DNA of 64,000 nucleotides, taken from contig JAZDLQ010000017.1 of assembly GCA_043801855.1 (NCBI GenBank), positions 90,625-154,624 on the forward strand. Direction: 5' to 3'. The position numbers and the translations under genes were made by a program. This document shows, piece after piece, positions 1 through 10,263 of the stretch (position 1 is the first letter of the stretch; each line of letters opens with the position of its first letter). Source of the stretch: an archaeon. Its GTDB lineage: Archaea; Nanobdellota; Nanobdellia; Woesearchaeales; GW2011-AR15. The notes under the pieces are model-generated. The model searched no databases and was not told the origin of the DNA. It saw only the letters and a list, made by a program, of their open reading frames with translations.

Positions 1-3000
1 GATGCAACTGGTGTAGCAAGGATATGGGTGCAGATCAAGTGGCCTGGTACACTAACTTACTTGAACCTTACTTATTTTTCAGGCAACCAATATAATAATA
101 CTTTTAGCGGCATGTCAAATATCACAAGATATAATATTACAATATACGCTAATGATACGCTTGGAAACTATGGGACAAATACCACTTACTTTTTTTTGAC
201 AAACAATAATGGAGTAAATATAACAAGCCCTGTATTTAGCAGGACGTATCCTTATAGGAATATCAGTTTAAACTTTAATGTAATTGATAATAATACGCCA
301 TACCAGGAAGTGTATTACATATTGAACAATGGCGATAAAGTTTATTTCCCTGAGAACTATAACACAAATAATTCAATTGGCGGCGCTTTTTATTATTCAA
401 CAAATTATTCTAACCTATCGCAGTCATTTGTCTCTTTGATTAATTATAGCACAAATTTAATCAATCTTAAAATCAAGAAAAATTCAACTTCACTAACATT
501 TGCAAAAGCACAGATAAGGGCAGATAATAATGGGGTGCCTTCTGCAAATTCTCTTGCTGAAGGAGTCTTTAATTCGTCTAACATGACAACATCAAGTTAT
601 GATTGGTTTAATATAACTCTTAATTCAACTATATCTATTAGTTCAGGCGTGCGCTATTGGATTGTTGTAAATGAGACAAGAACAGATAATTTTTTTGAGC
701 TTGAAGCAAACAGCGATATATATAATTCAGGGAATGCATCAATTGGAACAAATACAATAAGCGATGATATATTATTCAAAGTATTTAGCCCGTATAGTTA
801 CTTTTACGCGCCATTTGAGGCGCAGGAAGGCTCAAATACAATTGATGCGTGCGCTCTTGATTCACTTGGATTTTTAGAATGCTCTTATTCTAATTTTAAG
901 GCAGATACAACTCCTCCTTATTCAACATCAATGACTCCAGCATCTAACCCATTTGAGATTGGAAACCCTTATCAATTCGTATACATAACGCTGCAGGATG
1001 CGACATCAACAATTGGAACAGTTCTTGCTGAAGCTAATTATACCAACTACACAACAGATGCTCTTGGAGGCGGGTCATATCAATATAGATGGGGAATAAG
1101 CCGGCTTGGGACATATTTTTATAGGTTTTATTTTAATGATACTGTAAATAATTATAATAATTCTATCATGAAAAATTTTACTGTTGTTGATACGACTGCT
1201 CCAGTATTGTCAAATATAATATATAGTCCTGAATTATCTTCTGACCTTGACCCAAACACGACTATTTTTGTAAATATTACAGTTGCAGACTACACAATTA
1301 TCAGCAACGTTACGCTGCAATACAAGCCTTTATCTTCTGCAATATGGGAAGAGGCTACAATGCATAACATAAGTTCAACGTTCATTGGAAATTTTACTCC
1401 TGACAGCGAGGAAGAATGGTACTTTAGGATATTTGCAGAAGACATTTATAATAATTCAGGCATTTCTGTGCAAACAGAACTATTGATTTCATATGACTTG
1501 ACTTGGGAATATTTTCCTGAAGCATTCACTGAACTGCTGGCAGCGCAAGGAGATACTGTTGCAATTGATGAGATTATTATAAATAATACTGGCGACCTCT
1601 TGCTTAATTTTAGCATCGCAAAGATTTCAGGAATACCGCTTATTACAATAAGCAATGCATCACTTCTTATCCAGAATAGGACAAGTGCAAGCATCAACTC
1701 AACAATTATTGCTCCTGAACAAAATATAGCTCCATATAGTTTCTCTGTTGTCATATCATGTGCCACTGAAAATTGCAGTGAGGCAAATGCAACACTGGAT
1801 GGAAGCATTGCAGTTGGCGAGGGCGGGGCTTATGTAAGCTTTCTTGATGTTCTCTATGACCCTTCAGTTATCCAGGGGCAAAGAAATGTAGGCCTGAATG
1901 CAACACTAAAAAACATAGGCAATGAGACTGCTGTTAATGCCTCTTTTTATTTTGACCTTCCAGAAGGCTGGGAAACAACAGGAAATGTTACAGTAGATTT
2001 TGGAAATATTACTCCTTATTCAACAACTTTTTTGACTAAGCAGCATGGGATTTTAGCGCTAGTTGGCCTTAATGCAACAACAGGGCTTGTAAACCTTTCA
2101 TTATATGTAGATTACCAAACTGTTGCTGGCCTTGCAAGGCAGAGGGAGCTTGTTAAAACAATTGAAGTTTCTGTTCTTGAAATTGAATCAGATGATCCGC
2201 CGGATGATGGTGGCGGTGGAGATGGCGGCTCTCCTCCTTCAGGCGGCGGAGGCGGAGCTGGAGGAGGATCATCAGGCGGTGGAGGCGGAGGCGGAGGCTA
2301 CTTTTACGAAGACTATAACTTAACTTTTGTTATTGCAGATACTGTTGAGATATTAAGAGGTGAAAACAAGACAATAAATTTTAGCATAACAAATGAAAAT
2401 AGCATTATCTTTGAAAATCTGACTTTTGGAATAATAGGATATCCGTTAACTAAGTACAAAATTTTGCCTTCTTTTATAGATGCATTAAAAGAAAACGAGT
2501 CAGTTCAGGTCTACATACAATTTACTGTCCCGCTTTATATGGGCTACTCTGTTAATGACTTAAAAATTTCAGTACATGGAAATTATGTTGAGCGAACAAA
2601 AGTTATTGATTATTTCCAGGAACATCCGTTTATACTTATCATCAGCGAAACAAATGAGAGCGAGGCATTAAATTGCCTTACTCTTTCTGAAGAAATAATT
2701 AGAGAGATGCAGGATCAAAATATTACTATCGGCAAATTTAATTCCCTTCTTTCTTTGGCAAGAGATTACTACAAGAAGTTCGATAATACAAAAGTCAAAG
2801 AATTATGCACACAAATTAAAGAATTAAAAGCAATTGCCATTGACACACAACAAAGGCTTGTTATACTTTCCAATGAAATAACAGAGTCGCAAAAAGAAGG
2901 ATATGATATGAGCAATGTGCAAAGCCTTCTTATGCTTGCAAATGAGAAATTTTTGTCAGGTGATTTTTTTGAGGCAAAAAGCATCCTTGAAAAAACAGAA

Positions 3001-3657
3001 GAGTCTTACGCTCTTCAAGTGCAATCAGAGAATGCAAAGCTAGGTAACAGATTAAGGATTTTTCTAAAAAATAACTGGCATTATACTCTTGCAGCACTAG
3101 TTATTTTTGCGATTTTCGCTTTTATTGCGTCAAAAAAGATTGAAGAGCTGAAAATAAAAAACAGGCTAGCGGCTCTTAAGAATGAGGAAAAGTATATCCA
3201 TGAACAGGTAAAAGATCTCCAAAAGAAATATTTTGTAGACGAAAAATATCATCAATCTTCTTACAGCGAAAAGATTACGTCGCATCAGGCAAGGCTTGCA
3301 GAAATAAAAGATGAGATAATTAGGCTTGAGGCTGCGAAAATAAAATTCTATAAGATTGCAGGGTCAAAAGAGGACTTGACTCGGCAAAAAGATGAAATAA
3401 CAAACATGATAAAAAGCCTTCAGACCAAGTATTTTGTTGAAGGTAGTGTTGACAAGGGCAATTACACGCATACGATTTCAATGTATAAAAAGCGGCTTAT
3501 TGAGATTGAAAAAAATATTGCGATTTTTGAGCAGAAGGAAAAAGAAAAGCAAATAAGCAAGGATAAAGGCAAAGAGAAATGGAAAGATGGCGCCAAAGTG
3601 GATATTAAAGAAAATAAAGAGACAGGAAATAATGATTTACATGAAAAGCCAAAATAA
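1..3657 (+). CDS. Large membrane-anchored surface (S-layer/adhesin-like) protein, 5'-truncated
   Basis: Frame open from base 1; many NxS/T sequons, Ig/CARDB-like segments (LKNIGNETAVN), Gly-rich linker, one TM helix (WHYTLAALVIFAIFAFIA), cytoplasmic coiled-coil tail. Confidence 0.75.
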   Translation, partial: DATGVARIWVQIKWPGTLTYLNLTYFSGNQYNNTFSGMSNITRYNITIYANDTLGNYGTNTTYFFLTNNNGVNITSPVFSRTYPYRNISLNFNVIDNNTPYQEVYYILNNGDKVYFPENYNTNNSIGGAFYYSTNYSNLSQSFVSLINYSTNLINLKIKKNSTSLTFAKAQIRADNNGVPSANSLAEGVFNSSNMTTSSYDWFNITLNSTISISSGVRYWIVVNETRTDNFFELEANSDIYNSGNASIGTNTISDDILFKVFSPYSYFYAPFEAQEGSNTIDACALDSLGFLECSYSNFKADTTPPYSTSMTPASNPFEIGNPYQFVYITLQDATSTIGTVLAEANYTNYTTDALGGGSYQYRWGISRLGTYFYRFYFNDTVNNYNNSIMKNFTVVDTTAPVLSNIIYSPELSSDLDPNTTIFVNITVADYTIISNVTLQYKPLSSAIWEEATMHNISSTFIGNFTPDSEEEWYFRIFAEDIYNNSGISVQTELLISYDLTWEYFPEAFTELLAAQGDTVAIDEIIINNTGDLLLNFSIAKISGIPLITISNASLLIQNRTSASINSTIIAPEQNIAPYSFSVVISCATENCSEANATLDGSIAVGEGGAYVSFLDVLYDPSVIQGQRNVGLNATLKNIGNETAVNASFYFDLPEGWETTGNVTVDFGNITPYSTTFLTKQHGILALVGLNATTGLVNLSLYVDYQTVAGLARQRELVKTIEVSVLEIESDDPPDDGGGGDGGSPPSGGGGGAGGGSSGGGGGGGGYFYEDYNLTFVIADTVEILRGENKTINFSITNENSIIFENLTFGIIGYPLTKYKILPSFIDALKENESVQVYIQFTVPLYMGYSVNDLKISVHGNYVERTKVIDYFQEHPFILIISETNESEALNCLTLSEEIIREMQDQNITIGKFNSLLSLARDYYKKFDNTKVKELCTQIKELKAIAIDTQQRLVILSNEITESQKEGYDMSNVQSLLMLANEKFLSGDFFEAKSILEKTEESYALQVQSENAKLGNRLRIFLKNNWHYTLAALVIFAIFAFIASKKIEELKIKNRLAALKNEEKYIHEQVKDLQKKYFVDEKYHQSSYSEKITSHQARLAEIKDEIIRLEAAKIKFYKIAGSKEDLTRQKDEITNMIKSLQTKYFVEGSVDKGNYTHTISMYKKRLIEIEKNIAIFEQKEKEKQISKDKGKEKWKDGAKVDIKENKETGNNDLHEKPK
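2194..2298 (+). repeat. GGC/GGA low-complexity tract encoding a Gly/Pro/Asp linker
   Basis: Encodes DPPDDGGGGDGGSPPSGGGGGAGGGSSGGGGGGG. Confidence 0.85.
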
Positions 3658-5857
3658 ACCTGCCTATTTCAAATATATTATAAAAGGCATTGTGCAGGGT
3701 GTTGGATTTCGTCCATATATTTACAGGAAAGCAAAAGAACTTTGCCTGACAGGTTATGTTAAAAACATCGGGAGCGGAGTAGAGGTCGTTGTAAACGACA
3801 GTGATTTTATAGAAAAATTATTTGATTTGCCTCCTCTTGCAAAAATAACAGAAACATTTTCTGAAAAATTGAATTTGGACCCTTGTAGCAGCATTTATAC
3901 CGAATTTAAGATATTATCAAGCTCAAATGAATCAGGAGAGACAATTATTCCTCCGGATATATTTATGTGTGAAGATTGTCTTAAGGAATTAAAGGATAAA
4001 AACAATAGGAGAAATTCATATTATTTTATTACATGCACTAACTGCGGACCGCGATTTTCAATGATAGAAGACTATCCATATGATCGGCCGTTAACTTCTA
4101 TGAAAGAATTTGCAATGTGCGATTTATGTAAAAGAGAATACACAAATCCTCTTGACAGAAGGTATCATGCGCAAACAATAGCATGCAAGGACTGCGGGCC
4201 TAGATTATATTTAATCGAGAATGAAATAAAGAAGACTTTTCATGATGATAAAGAAACTATTAGGGCTGCAGCAAGCCTAATCCATAAAGGAGAATTTATC
4301 TCCATTAAAGGTGTTGGCGGATTTCACATCTGCGCAAAAACAGGTCCAGTAACTGTAAAAAAAATAAGAGAATTCATAGGCAGAAAAGATAAGCCTTTTG
4401 CAGTTATGGTTAAAAATATTGATATGGCAAAACAGCTTGTAAACATATCTCCAAAAGAAGAGTCAATTCTTCTCTCGCCGCAAAGGCCGATTGTTGTTGC
4501 AAATAAAATAAATAAACATTTGTTAGAACACGTTTCAGAACTTGATTCAATTGGTGTTATGCTTCCATACACACCTTTGCATCATATGCTCTTTGATTTC
4601 ATTGATGAGCCTCTCGTGATGACATCAAGTAATATCTCGGGAGACCCGACCTGCCTTGATGAATCATTTGGAGAGTTTTTTCTTTCGCATGACAGAAAAA
4701 TAGTCAACAGATGTGATGATAGTGTAATTAAGGTGATTGGAAAAAATGATTCATTTTTGCGAAGATCTAGAGGATACGCTCCGCTTCCTGTTTCTCTTCC
4801 ATTAAAAGTGGAAGATACTCTTGCACTTGGTGCCGAACTTAACAATGTTGTATGCGTGGCAAAGGGAAATAGGTTTTTTTTTTCGCAATATATTGGAAAT
4901 ACAGCAAAACCTGCAACGTTTGATTTTATGAAAGAAGCAATAGATAGATTAGTAATACTAACAAGGCTAAGCCCAAAAATAATTGCAGCCGACATGCACC
5001 CGCAATTCAATTCATCTGCGCTAGCAAAAGATCTCTCTACTAAATATAATGCAAAGCTTATTTTAATCCAGCATCATGAGGCACATGTTGCATCAGTTGC
5101 AGCTGAGCATAATCTTAAAGATTATGTTGGGATAGCGATGGATGGTCTTGGCTATGGCAGAGATGGAAAATTATGGGGAGGAGAAGTGTTTAAAGTCACA
5201 GGTTCAGCTGGATTTGATAGGCTTGGCAGCCTTGAAGAGCAGCCGCAGATAGGTGGAGACAGCGCAGCACAATATCCGAAGAAGATGCTTTTTGGAATTT
5301 TATCAAATATTATGAACGAAGATGCTCTAATCTCGTATGGACTTTTTCCAAAAAATGAAAGCAGGCTGTATTACAATATGATTAAAGAAAATTTTAATTG
5401 CCCGCTTACAACCAGCGCAGGAAGAGTTCTTGATGCAGCAAGCGCTCTTCTTGGCTTTTGCGATGAAAGAACCTATGATGGAAGGCCAGCTATGCTTCTT
5501 GAAAGCTGTGCCTGCGGATTGCCTTTTGAGATTGATCCGGTGATTGAATTTCGTGAAGGAAAATATACTTTGATGACATCACATTTGTTTAAATATCTTC
5601 TGGCTAACCTAAATAAAGATAGGCACAGGCTTGCTGCAACAGCGCAGCATTACCTTGCAAATGGAATGTTTTTGATTGCAAAAAAAATTTCAAATAATTC
5701 TCCTATTGTTTTTAGCGGTGGGGTTGCATATAATAAAATGATTTCAGAGTACATGCTTTCTAATGGCGTATTATTAAATAAGGAAATTCCTGCAGGAGAC
5801 GGTGGGATATGTTATGGCCAGGCATATCTTGCAAACATGCTTGCAAATTCAAAATGA
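3641..5857 (+). CDS. hypF: [NiFe]-hydrogenase maturation carbamoyltransferase HypF
   Basis: GIVQGVGFRP acylphosphatase motif, CxxC zinc fingers (CEDC/CTNC/CDLC/CKDC), KGVGGFH, QHHEAH, PAGDGG; start uncertain (3587/3632/3641). Confidence 0.97.
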   Translation: MKSQNKPAYFKYIIKGIVQGVGFRPYIYRKAKELCLTGYVKNIGSGVEVVVNDSDFIEKLFDLPPLAKITETFSEKLNLDPCSSIYTEFKILSSSNESGETIIPPDIFMCEDCLKELKDKNNRRNSYYFITCTNCGPRFSMIEDYPYDRPLTSMKEFAMCDLCKREYTNPLDRRYHAQTIACKDCGPRLYLIENEIKKTFHDDKETIRAAASLIHKGEFISIKGVGGFHICAKTGPVTVKKIREFIGRKDKPFAVMVKNIDMAKQLVNISPKEESILLSPQRPIVVANKINKHLLEHVSELDSIGVMLPYTPLHHMLFDFIDEPLVMTSSNISGDPTCLDESFGEFFLSHDRKIVNRCDDSVIKVIGKNDSFLRRSRGYAPLPVSLPLKVEDTLALGAELNNVVCVAKGNRFFFSQYIGNTAKPATFDFMKEAIDRLVILTRLSPKIIAADMHPQFNSSALAKDLSTKYNAKLILIQHHEAHVASVAAEHNLKDYVGIAMDGLGYGRDGKLWGGEVFKVTGSAGFDRLGSLEEQPQIGGDSAAQYPKKMLFGILSNIMNEDALISYGLFPKNESRLYYNMIKENFNCPLTTSAGRVLDAASALLGFCDERTYDGRPAMLLESCACGLPFEIDPVIEFREGKYTLMTSHLFKYLLANLNKDRHRLAATAQHYLANGMFLIAKKISNNSPIVFSGGVAYNKMISEYMLSNGVLLNKEIPAGDGGICYGQAYLANMLANSK

Positions 5858-5993
5858 CGTGGAGTACGCTTCACTGCGTTCGCAGAGTTGTGTTCAAGTT
5901 CCAATCAATGGAGAGTTCGTTACATCAAAGCCGAATGCAATAGAGTTAAAGAAGAAAGGGGGAGTTCTGCCGCATTGGACACAGGACAAATGC

Positions 5994-6046
5994 TCATAAG
6001 CTTTATATATCTGTTACACTTAGTTACACTATGTAACGGGTGAATT
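5994..6046 (+). promoter_or_regulatory. TATA-box promoter with GTTACAC repeats and RBS
   Basis: ctttatatat at 6001-6010, gttacac at 6013 and 6023, inverted gtaac at 6033, ggtga before ATG 6047. Confidence 0.5.
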
Positions 6047-6088
6047 ATGGGTGTTGTTAGAATAGACGATATATTGGAGCGCATATAA
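6047..6088 (+). pseudogene. Truncated ribbon-helix-helix regulator remnant (MGVVRIDDILERI*)
   Basis: RBS+ATG, beta-strand/helix pattern like an RHH N-terminus; stop falls inside an 8-bp inverted repeat (ggagcgca 6076-6083 / tgcgctcc 6109-6116). Confidence 0.4.
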
Positions 6089-6137
6089 TTATTTTTACGA
6101 TTATTACGTGCGCTCCCTATAATGGACTATATCTCTA

Positions 6138-7712
6138 ATGGAGTCAATAATGAAAAGCATATCCAAGCTTGAAAATGAAAGCTTAACTGAATTTGCGAAT
6201 AGATTAGCTAGTGTATATAATGATTATAATACTAAATTAACAAAGAAAAATAAAGGACAATTCTTTACACCATCGAGCGTTGCTATATTTATGGCGGAAT
6301 TAAGTACTAATTCAAAAGAGAATATTTCTATTCTTGATCCTGGCGCAGGTATTGGAATTTTATCTGTGGCGCTTATTGAAAAGTTAGCAAAAGAAAAAAG
6401 CGTTAAGAAGATTAATCTTGTGTGTTACGAAACAGATAAACTAGTTTTGCCTTATTTGAGATTAATTCTAGAAGAAACTAAGAAAAATTTACATAAAAAA
6501 GCATCTTTCGATTACACAATTATTGAAGAGGATTTTGTAAAATCAAATGCCAATAAATTAACAGTTAATCTTGCTAATTATACTAATCCTGACGAAGAAT
6601 TATTTGACATTATAATCTCAAATCCACCATATTTTAAAGTCAATAAACAGGATTTACAGATTGCAAAGTTTAAAGATATTGTTTCTGGACAGCCAAATAT
6701 GTATTTCTTATTTATGGCAATTTCTGCAAAATTATTAAATTCAAGTGGCGAAATGATTTTTATTACCCCTAGAAGTTTCTGCTCTGGCCTTTACTACAGC
6801 AAGTTTAGAAAATGGCTCATGGAAAAAGCAAATTTTGAGAATATACACTTATTTGATTCAAGGAAAGAATTATTTTCCAGTGAGAATGTTCTTCAGGAAA
6901 ATATAATTACAAAATTTACTAAAAGAGAAATCGGCCAGATTACAATTTCCAAAACTTTTAATGGAGATTTCTCTGAAAGGCATATAATTACTGTTTCCAA
7001 AAAAGATGTTATTTACAGAAGTAACGGGCACATATTTTTCAGAATACCTTCAAATGAAGAAGAATTGAAGGCAATTAAGGAATTAGATAAGCTGCCTTAC
7101 AATTTTTACAAGCTTGGCGTAAAAATCTCAACTGGCAGAGTTGTAGCTTTTAGAAATAAGGAACATCTGCAAAATAGCCTATCTAAAGATTCTATACCTT
7201 TACTTTGGATGCATAACATAAAAAACGGAAGAATTGAATGGCCATTAAAAAACAAAGACAAAGCGTTAGCAATAAAAAACAGCAATTTGACCAAAAGGTT
7301 ATTTAATGAAGCAGGCAATTATTTAGTTCTAAAAAGGTTTACCACAAAAGAACAAAAAAAGAGATTTGTAACAGCTTGCATATTTAAGGAAGATTTTGAG
7401 AAATATGGCTATTTCGCATTAGACAATATGGTTAATTATATTCATCGCCCTAATCAACTATTAAATAAAAATCAAATAAAAGGGATTGCAAAATACCTGA
7501 ATTTGCCAATTGTTGATTTATACTTCAGAGTTTTGAACGGGCATACGCAAGTAAATGCTAATGAAGTTTACGCTTTGCCCTTTCCATCTTTAGAGCAATT
7601 AGAATCATTCGGTAAAAATTCAAATGAATCCATAAGTATATTGAATAAAAAGATAAGTGATATGAATGAAGAATTTCACGAAAAACAAACCATAGAGGTA
7701 ATTCACGCTTAA
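6138..7712 (+). CDS. Type II N6-adenine DNA methyltransferase (BsuBI/PstI/Eco57I-like)
   Basis: GQFFTP, LDPGAGIG, NPPY, C-terminal NGHTQVNA. Confidence 0.92.
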   Translation: MESIMKSISKLENESLTEFANRLASVYNDYNTKLTKKNKGQFFTPSSVAIFMAELSTNSKENISILDPGAGIGILSVALIEKLAKEKSVKKINLVCYETDKLVLPYLRLILEETKKNLHKKASFDYTIIEEDFVKSNANKLTVNLANYTNPDEELFDIIISNPPYFKVNKQDLQIAKFKDIVSGQPNMYFLFMAISAKLLNSSGEMIFITPRSFCSGLYYSKFRKWLMEKANFENIHLFDSRKELFSSENVLQENIITKFTKREIGQITISKTFNGDFSERHIITVSKKDVIYRSNGHIFFRIPSNEEELKAIKELDKLPYNFYKLGVKISTGRVVAFRNKEHLQNSLSKDSIPLLWMHNIKNGRIEWPLKNKDKALAIKNSNLTKRLFNEAGNYLVLKRFTTKEQKKRFVTACIFKEDFEKYGYFALDNMVNYIHRPNQLLNKNQIKGIAKYLNLPIVDLYFRVLNGHTQVNANEVYALPFPSLEQLESFGKNSNESISILNKKISDMNEEFHEKQTIEVIHA

Positions 7713-7723
7713 GAGGATATAAT

Positions 7724-8655
7724 ATGACTAAATAACAGAAGCATTAGATATTTTGAAACAGTTTAATGTTCCGAAAAAACAGCAAAATGAGCGTTCTGCG
7801 TTAGCATTATTATCATTGCTTGCATTAAGAGAAAAAGATTTATGGCATGACTCTAAAAAAATCCTAATTCGTGTGCATGACATGATGCAATTTATCAAGG
7901 CAGAGTATAACAGGGAATATGCCGAGAACAGCAGAGAAACTTTCAGAAGGCAAACCTTACATCAATTTGAAAAAGAAGTAGGTATCGTTGAGAGAAATGC
8001 TGATGATACAACCAGAGTAACTAACAGCCCAAACACAACATGGTCGGTTACTGATGATGTTCTTAAAATTATCAAAAAATATGGAACACCTGATTGGAAG
8101 AAAGAATTACCGAAATTCCTCAAGAAAATAAAGAGAACTGTCATAAGCTATAAAGTCAAAAGAGGAAAAAATACGCTTTCAGTAATTGTAGATTATAAAG
8201 AGATTACTTTCTCTCCAGGAAAGCACAATGAACTTCAAATTGAAGTCTTAAATAATTTCAGAAAAAATTTCTGTCCTGAAGCAGAAGTTTTGTATGTGGG
8301 AGATACGGCGCATAAAATGCTGTATTTGAATAAAGAATTGTTAGATGAAATAGGAATAGAAATAAAGAAACACGACATATTACCTGATCTTGTTCTGTTG
8401 GACAAGACAAAAAGTAGGTTGTATTTGATTGAGGCAGTTACATTTCATGGTCCAATTTCCAATAAAAGACATATAGAACTTACTGAATATTTCTCAAAAC
8501 TTGAATATAAAAAATTTTTTGTAAGTGCATTTCCTGATTTTAAGGAATTTAAGCGGCACGTTGATGATATTGCCTGGGAAACAGAAGTGTGGGTTTCAGA
8601 GATTCCTAATCACATGATACATTTTAATGGAGATAAGTTCTTGAAAATGGATTAA
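7724..8655 (+). pseudogene. BsuBI/PstI-family restriction endonuclease, frameshifted at codon 4
   Basis: QQNERSAL, NSRETFRRQTLHQF, SPGKHN, PD..EAV..HGP, AWETEVW, HMIHFNG; RBS+ATG 7724 reads MTK*, while the adjacent frame continues ITEALDILKQF. Confidence 0.8.
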
Positions 8656-8780
8656 CAGGAAGAGTATGAAATGTGGTTATCAAAAATGAGAATTCTGAAA
8701 AAGTAGATAACATTGAAATTCCTGTTAGTTGCGTCGCTAGCTTACGAGCGAAGCGAAGTTCTGGAAACTTGTGTCCGCAA

Positions 8781-8797
8781 AGTAAAATTTGAGTTCC
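8781..8797 (+). repeat. 17-bp inverted repeat, left copy (agtaaaatttgagttcc)
   Basis: Exact reverse complement at 12407-12423. Confidence 0.9.
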
Positions 8798-8959
8798 CAA
8801 TCAATTCTGCCAAAGGCAGGCTATATGTCCGAAGGACAGGGGGTTCCGTTCATTCAGAAATACGTAGCGGTACATCAAGAATATAAATCCAAGAGGTGAG
8901 AAAACATAAATCATAACATTTATATATATTTGTTAATATGTGTTATATGGGGGATAATT

Positions 8960-9109
8960 ATGACAACAAAAAATATAACTTTAAAGGTTGACTCTAAGAT
9001 ATATGATACTTATAGAAAATACTGCAAAAAAGAAGGGATTATTGCTTCAAGACAATTTGAGAAACTAATGGAAAAAGAATTGAAAAAATATTCTTTAGAG
9101 GTTGTATAA
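8960..9109 (+). CDS. Small ribbon-helix-helix (CopG/Arc-like) regulator, 49 aa, absent from the ORF track
   Basis: MTTKNITLKVDSKIYDTYRKYCKKEGIIASRQFEKLMEKELKKYSLEVV; upstream TATA and GGGGA RBS; stop 1 nt before next ATG. Confidence 0.8.
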   Translation: MTTKNITLKVDSKIYDTYRKYCKKEGIIASRQFEKLMEKELKKYSLEVV

Positions 9110-9110
9110 A

Positions 9111-10262
9111 ATGGCAGAATCAATATCAGGTATCGGAAAAAAAAGACCTTTAATTAATCTGTCAGTTACTAAATTAAAACTTGACAAAAATAATCCAAGG
9201 CTATCTGAATTTATTCAAGGAAAATCTGAAAAGGAGATTCAAGAAAATCTAGTCAATGAATTTGAACTTAGAGAACTAGCAGACTCATTTTCAAAAAATG
9301 GCTATTTTGATGAAGAACCGTTGGTTGCTATTCCCGATCATCTGCCTGAGAAATTCAAATCTAAAACATATTTAGAACTTAAATCTGATCCAGAATATTT
9401 ATCCTATATTGAAAAAAAAGAAACAACGTTTACTGTTGTTGAAGGCAATCGAAGGTTAGCAACTATAAAAATTCTTCTTTCAACTCAATTACAAGATGAA
9501 TTTAAAGTGAAAGATTGGCCTAAGCCTTCAGAAGAAAATATGGAAGATCTAAAAATTGTTCCAGTAATTATTTATCCTACACGAGATGAAATTGTTCCAT
9601 ATTTAGGTGTTAGACATATAGCCGGAATTAAAAAATGGGATCCGTATGCAAAAGCAAGATATATTGCATCAATAGTAGAAGAAAATAAAGATTTATATGA
9701 AGTTCAACAAAGAGTGGGAGATAGAGGTTTATCAACGATTAAAAGTTATATTTGTCTGAAGTTGATAGAATTAGTTGAGGAAGAGATGGAAGCTTCTGCT
9801 AAAAAAGCAAAAGAATTTTTCTCATATTTATTGCTTTCAACAGGTCAAAGATCTATTAAAGAATATATAGGATTACCTACTAATTGGAAAGAGGTTGATA
9901 TAAATAAAATAATTCCAGATGATAAATATGAATCTTTAAAAAATTTGTTTTCGTATTTATTTGGGGAAGGAAAAGATAAACTTGCAATAATAAAGGAATC
10001 TAGAGACATAACTGGAAAATTATCTAAAGTGTTAAGTATTAAACATTCAGCAGATTATCTTTATAAAACTAGAGATTTACAAACTGCTTTTGACCAAACC
10101 GACGGTGAGGAAGAAAACCTCTTATCATTGCTTACAAAAGCAAATAAACTATTAGAAAGTTCACTAAGTGTAGTCCATAAATACACCAAGAATGAACAGG
10201 TACATGATAAGATTGATGAATGCAGTGAAACAATAAAACAACTGAAAAAGCAGGCTAATTAG
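9111..10262 (+). CDS. ParB/Srx-like N-terminal domain protein
   Basis: LKLDKNNPRL ... VVEGNRRLATIKIL motifs. Confidence 0.75.
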   Translation: MAESISGIGKKRPLINLSVTKLKLDKNNPRLSEFIQGKSEKEIQENLVNEFELRELADSFSKNGYFDEEPLVAIPDHLPEKFKSKTYLELKSDPEYLSYIEKKETTFTVVEGNRRLATIKILLSTQLQDEFKVKDWPKPSEENMEDLKIVPVIIYPTRDEIVPYLGVRHIAGIKKWDPYAKARYIASIVEENKDLYEVQQRVGDRGLSTIKSYICLKLIELVEEEMEASAKKAKEFFSYLLLSTGQRSIKEYIGLPTNWKEVDINKIIPDDKYESLKNLFSYLFGEGKDKLAIIKESRDITGKLSKVLSIKHSADYLYKTRDLQTAFDQTDGEEENLLSLLTKANKLLESSLSVVHKYTKNEQVHDKIDECSETIKQLKKQAN

Positions 10263-10263
10263 A

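Noticed and set aside
5802-5999. 65-aa ORF after hypF
   Set aside because: Overlaps the hypF end and spans the structured leader; no family resemblance
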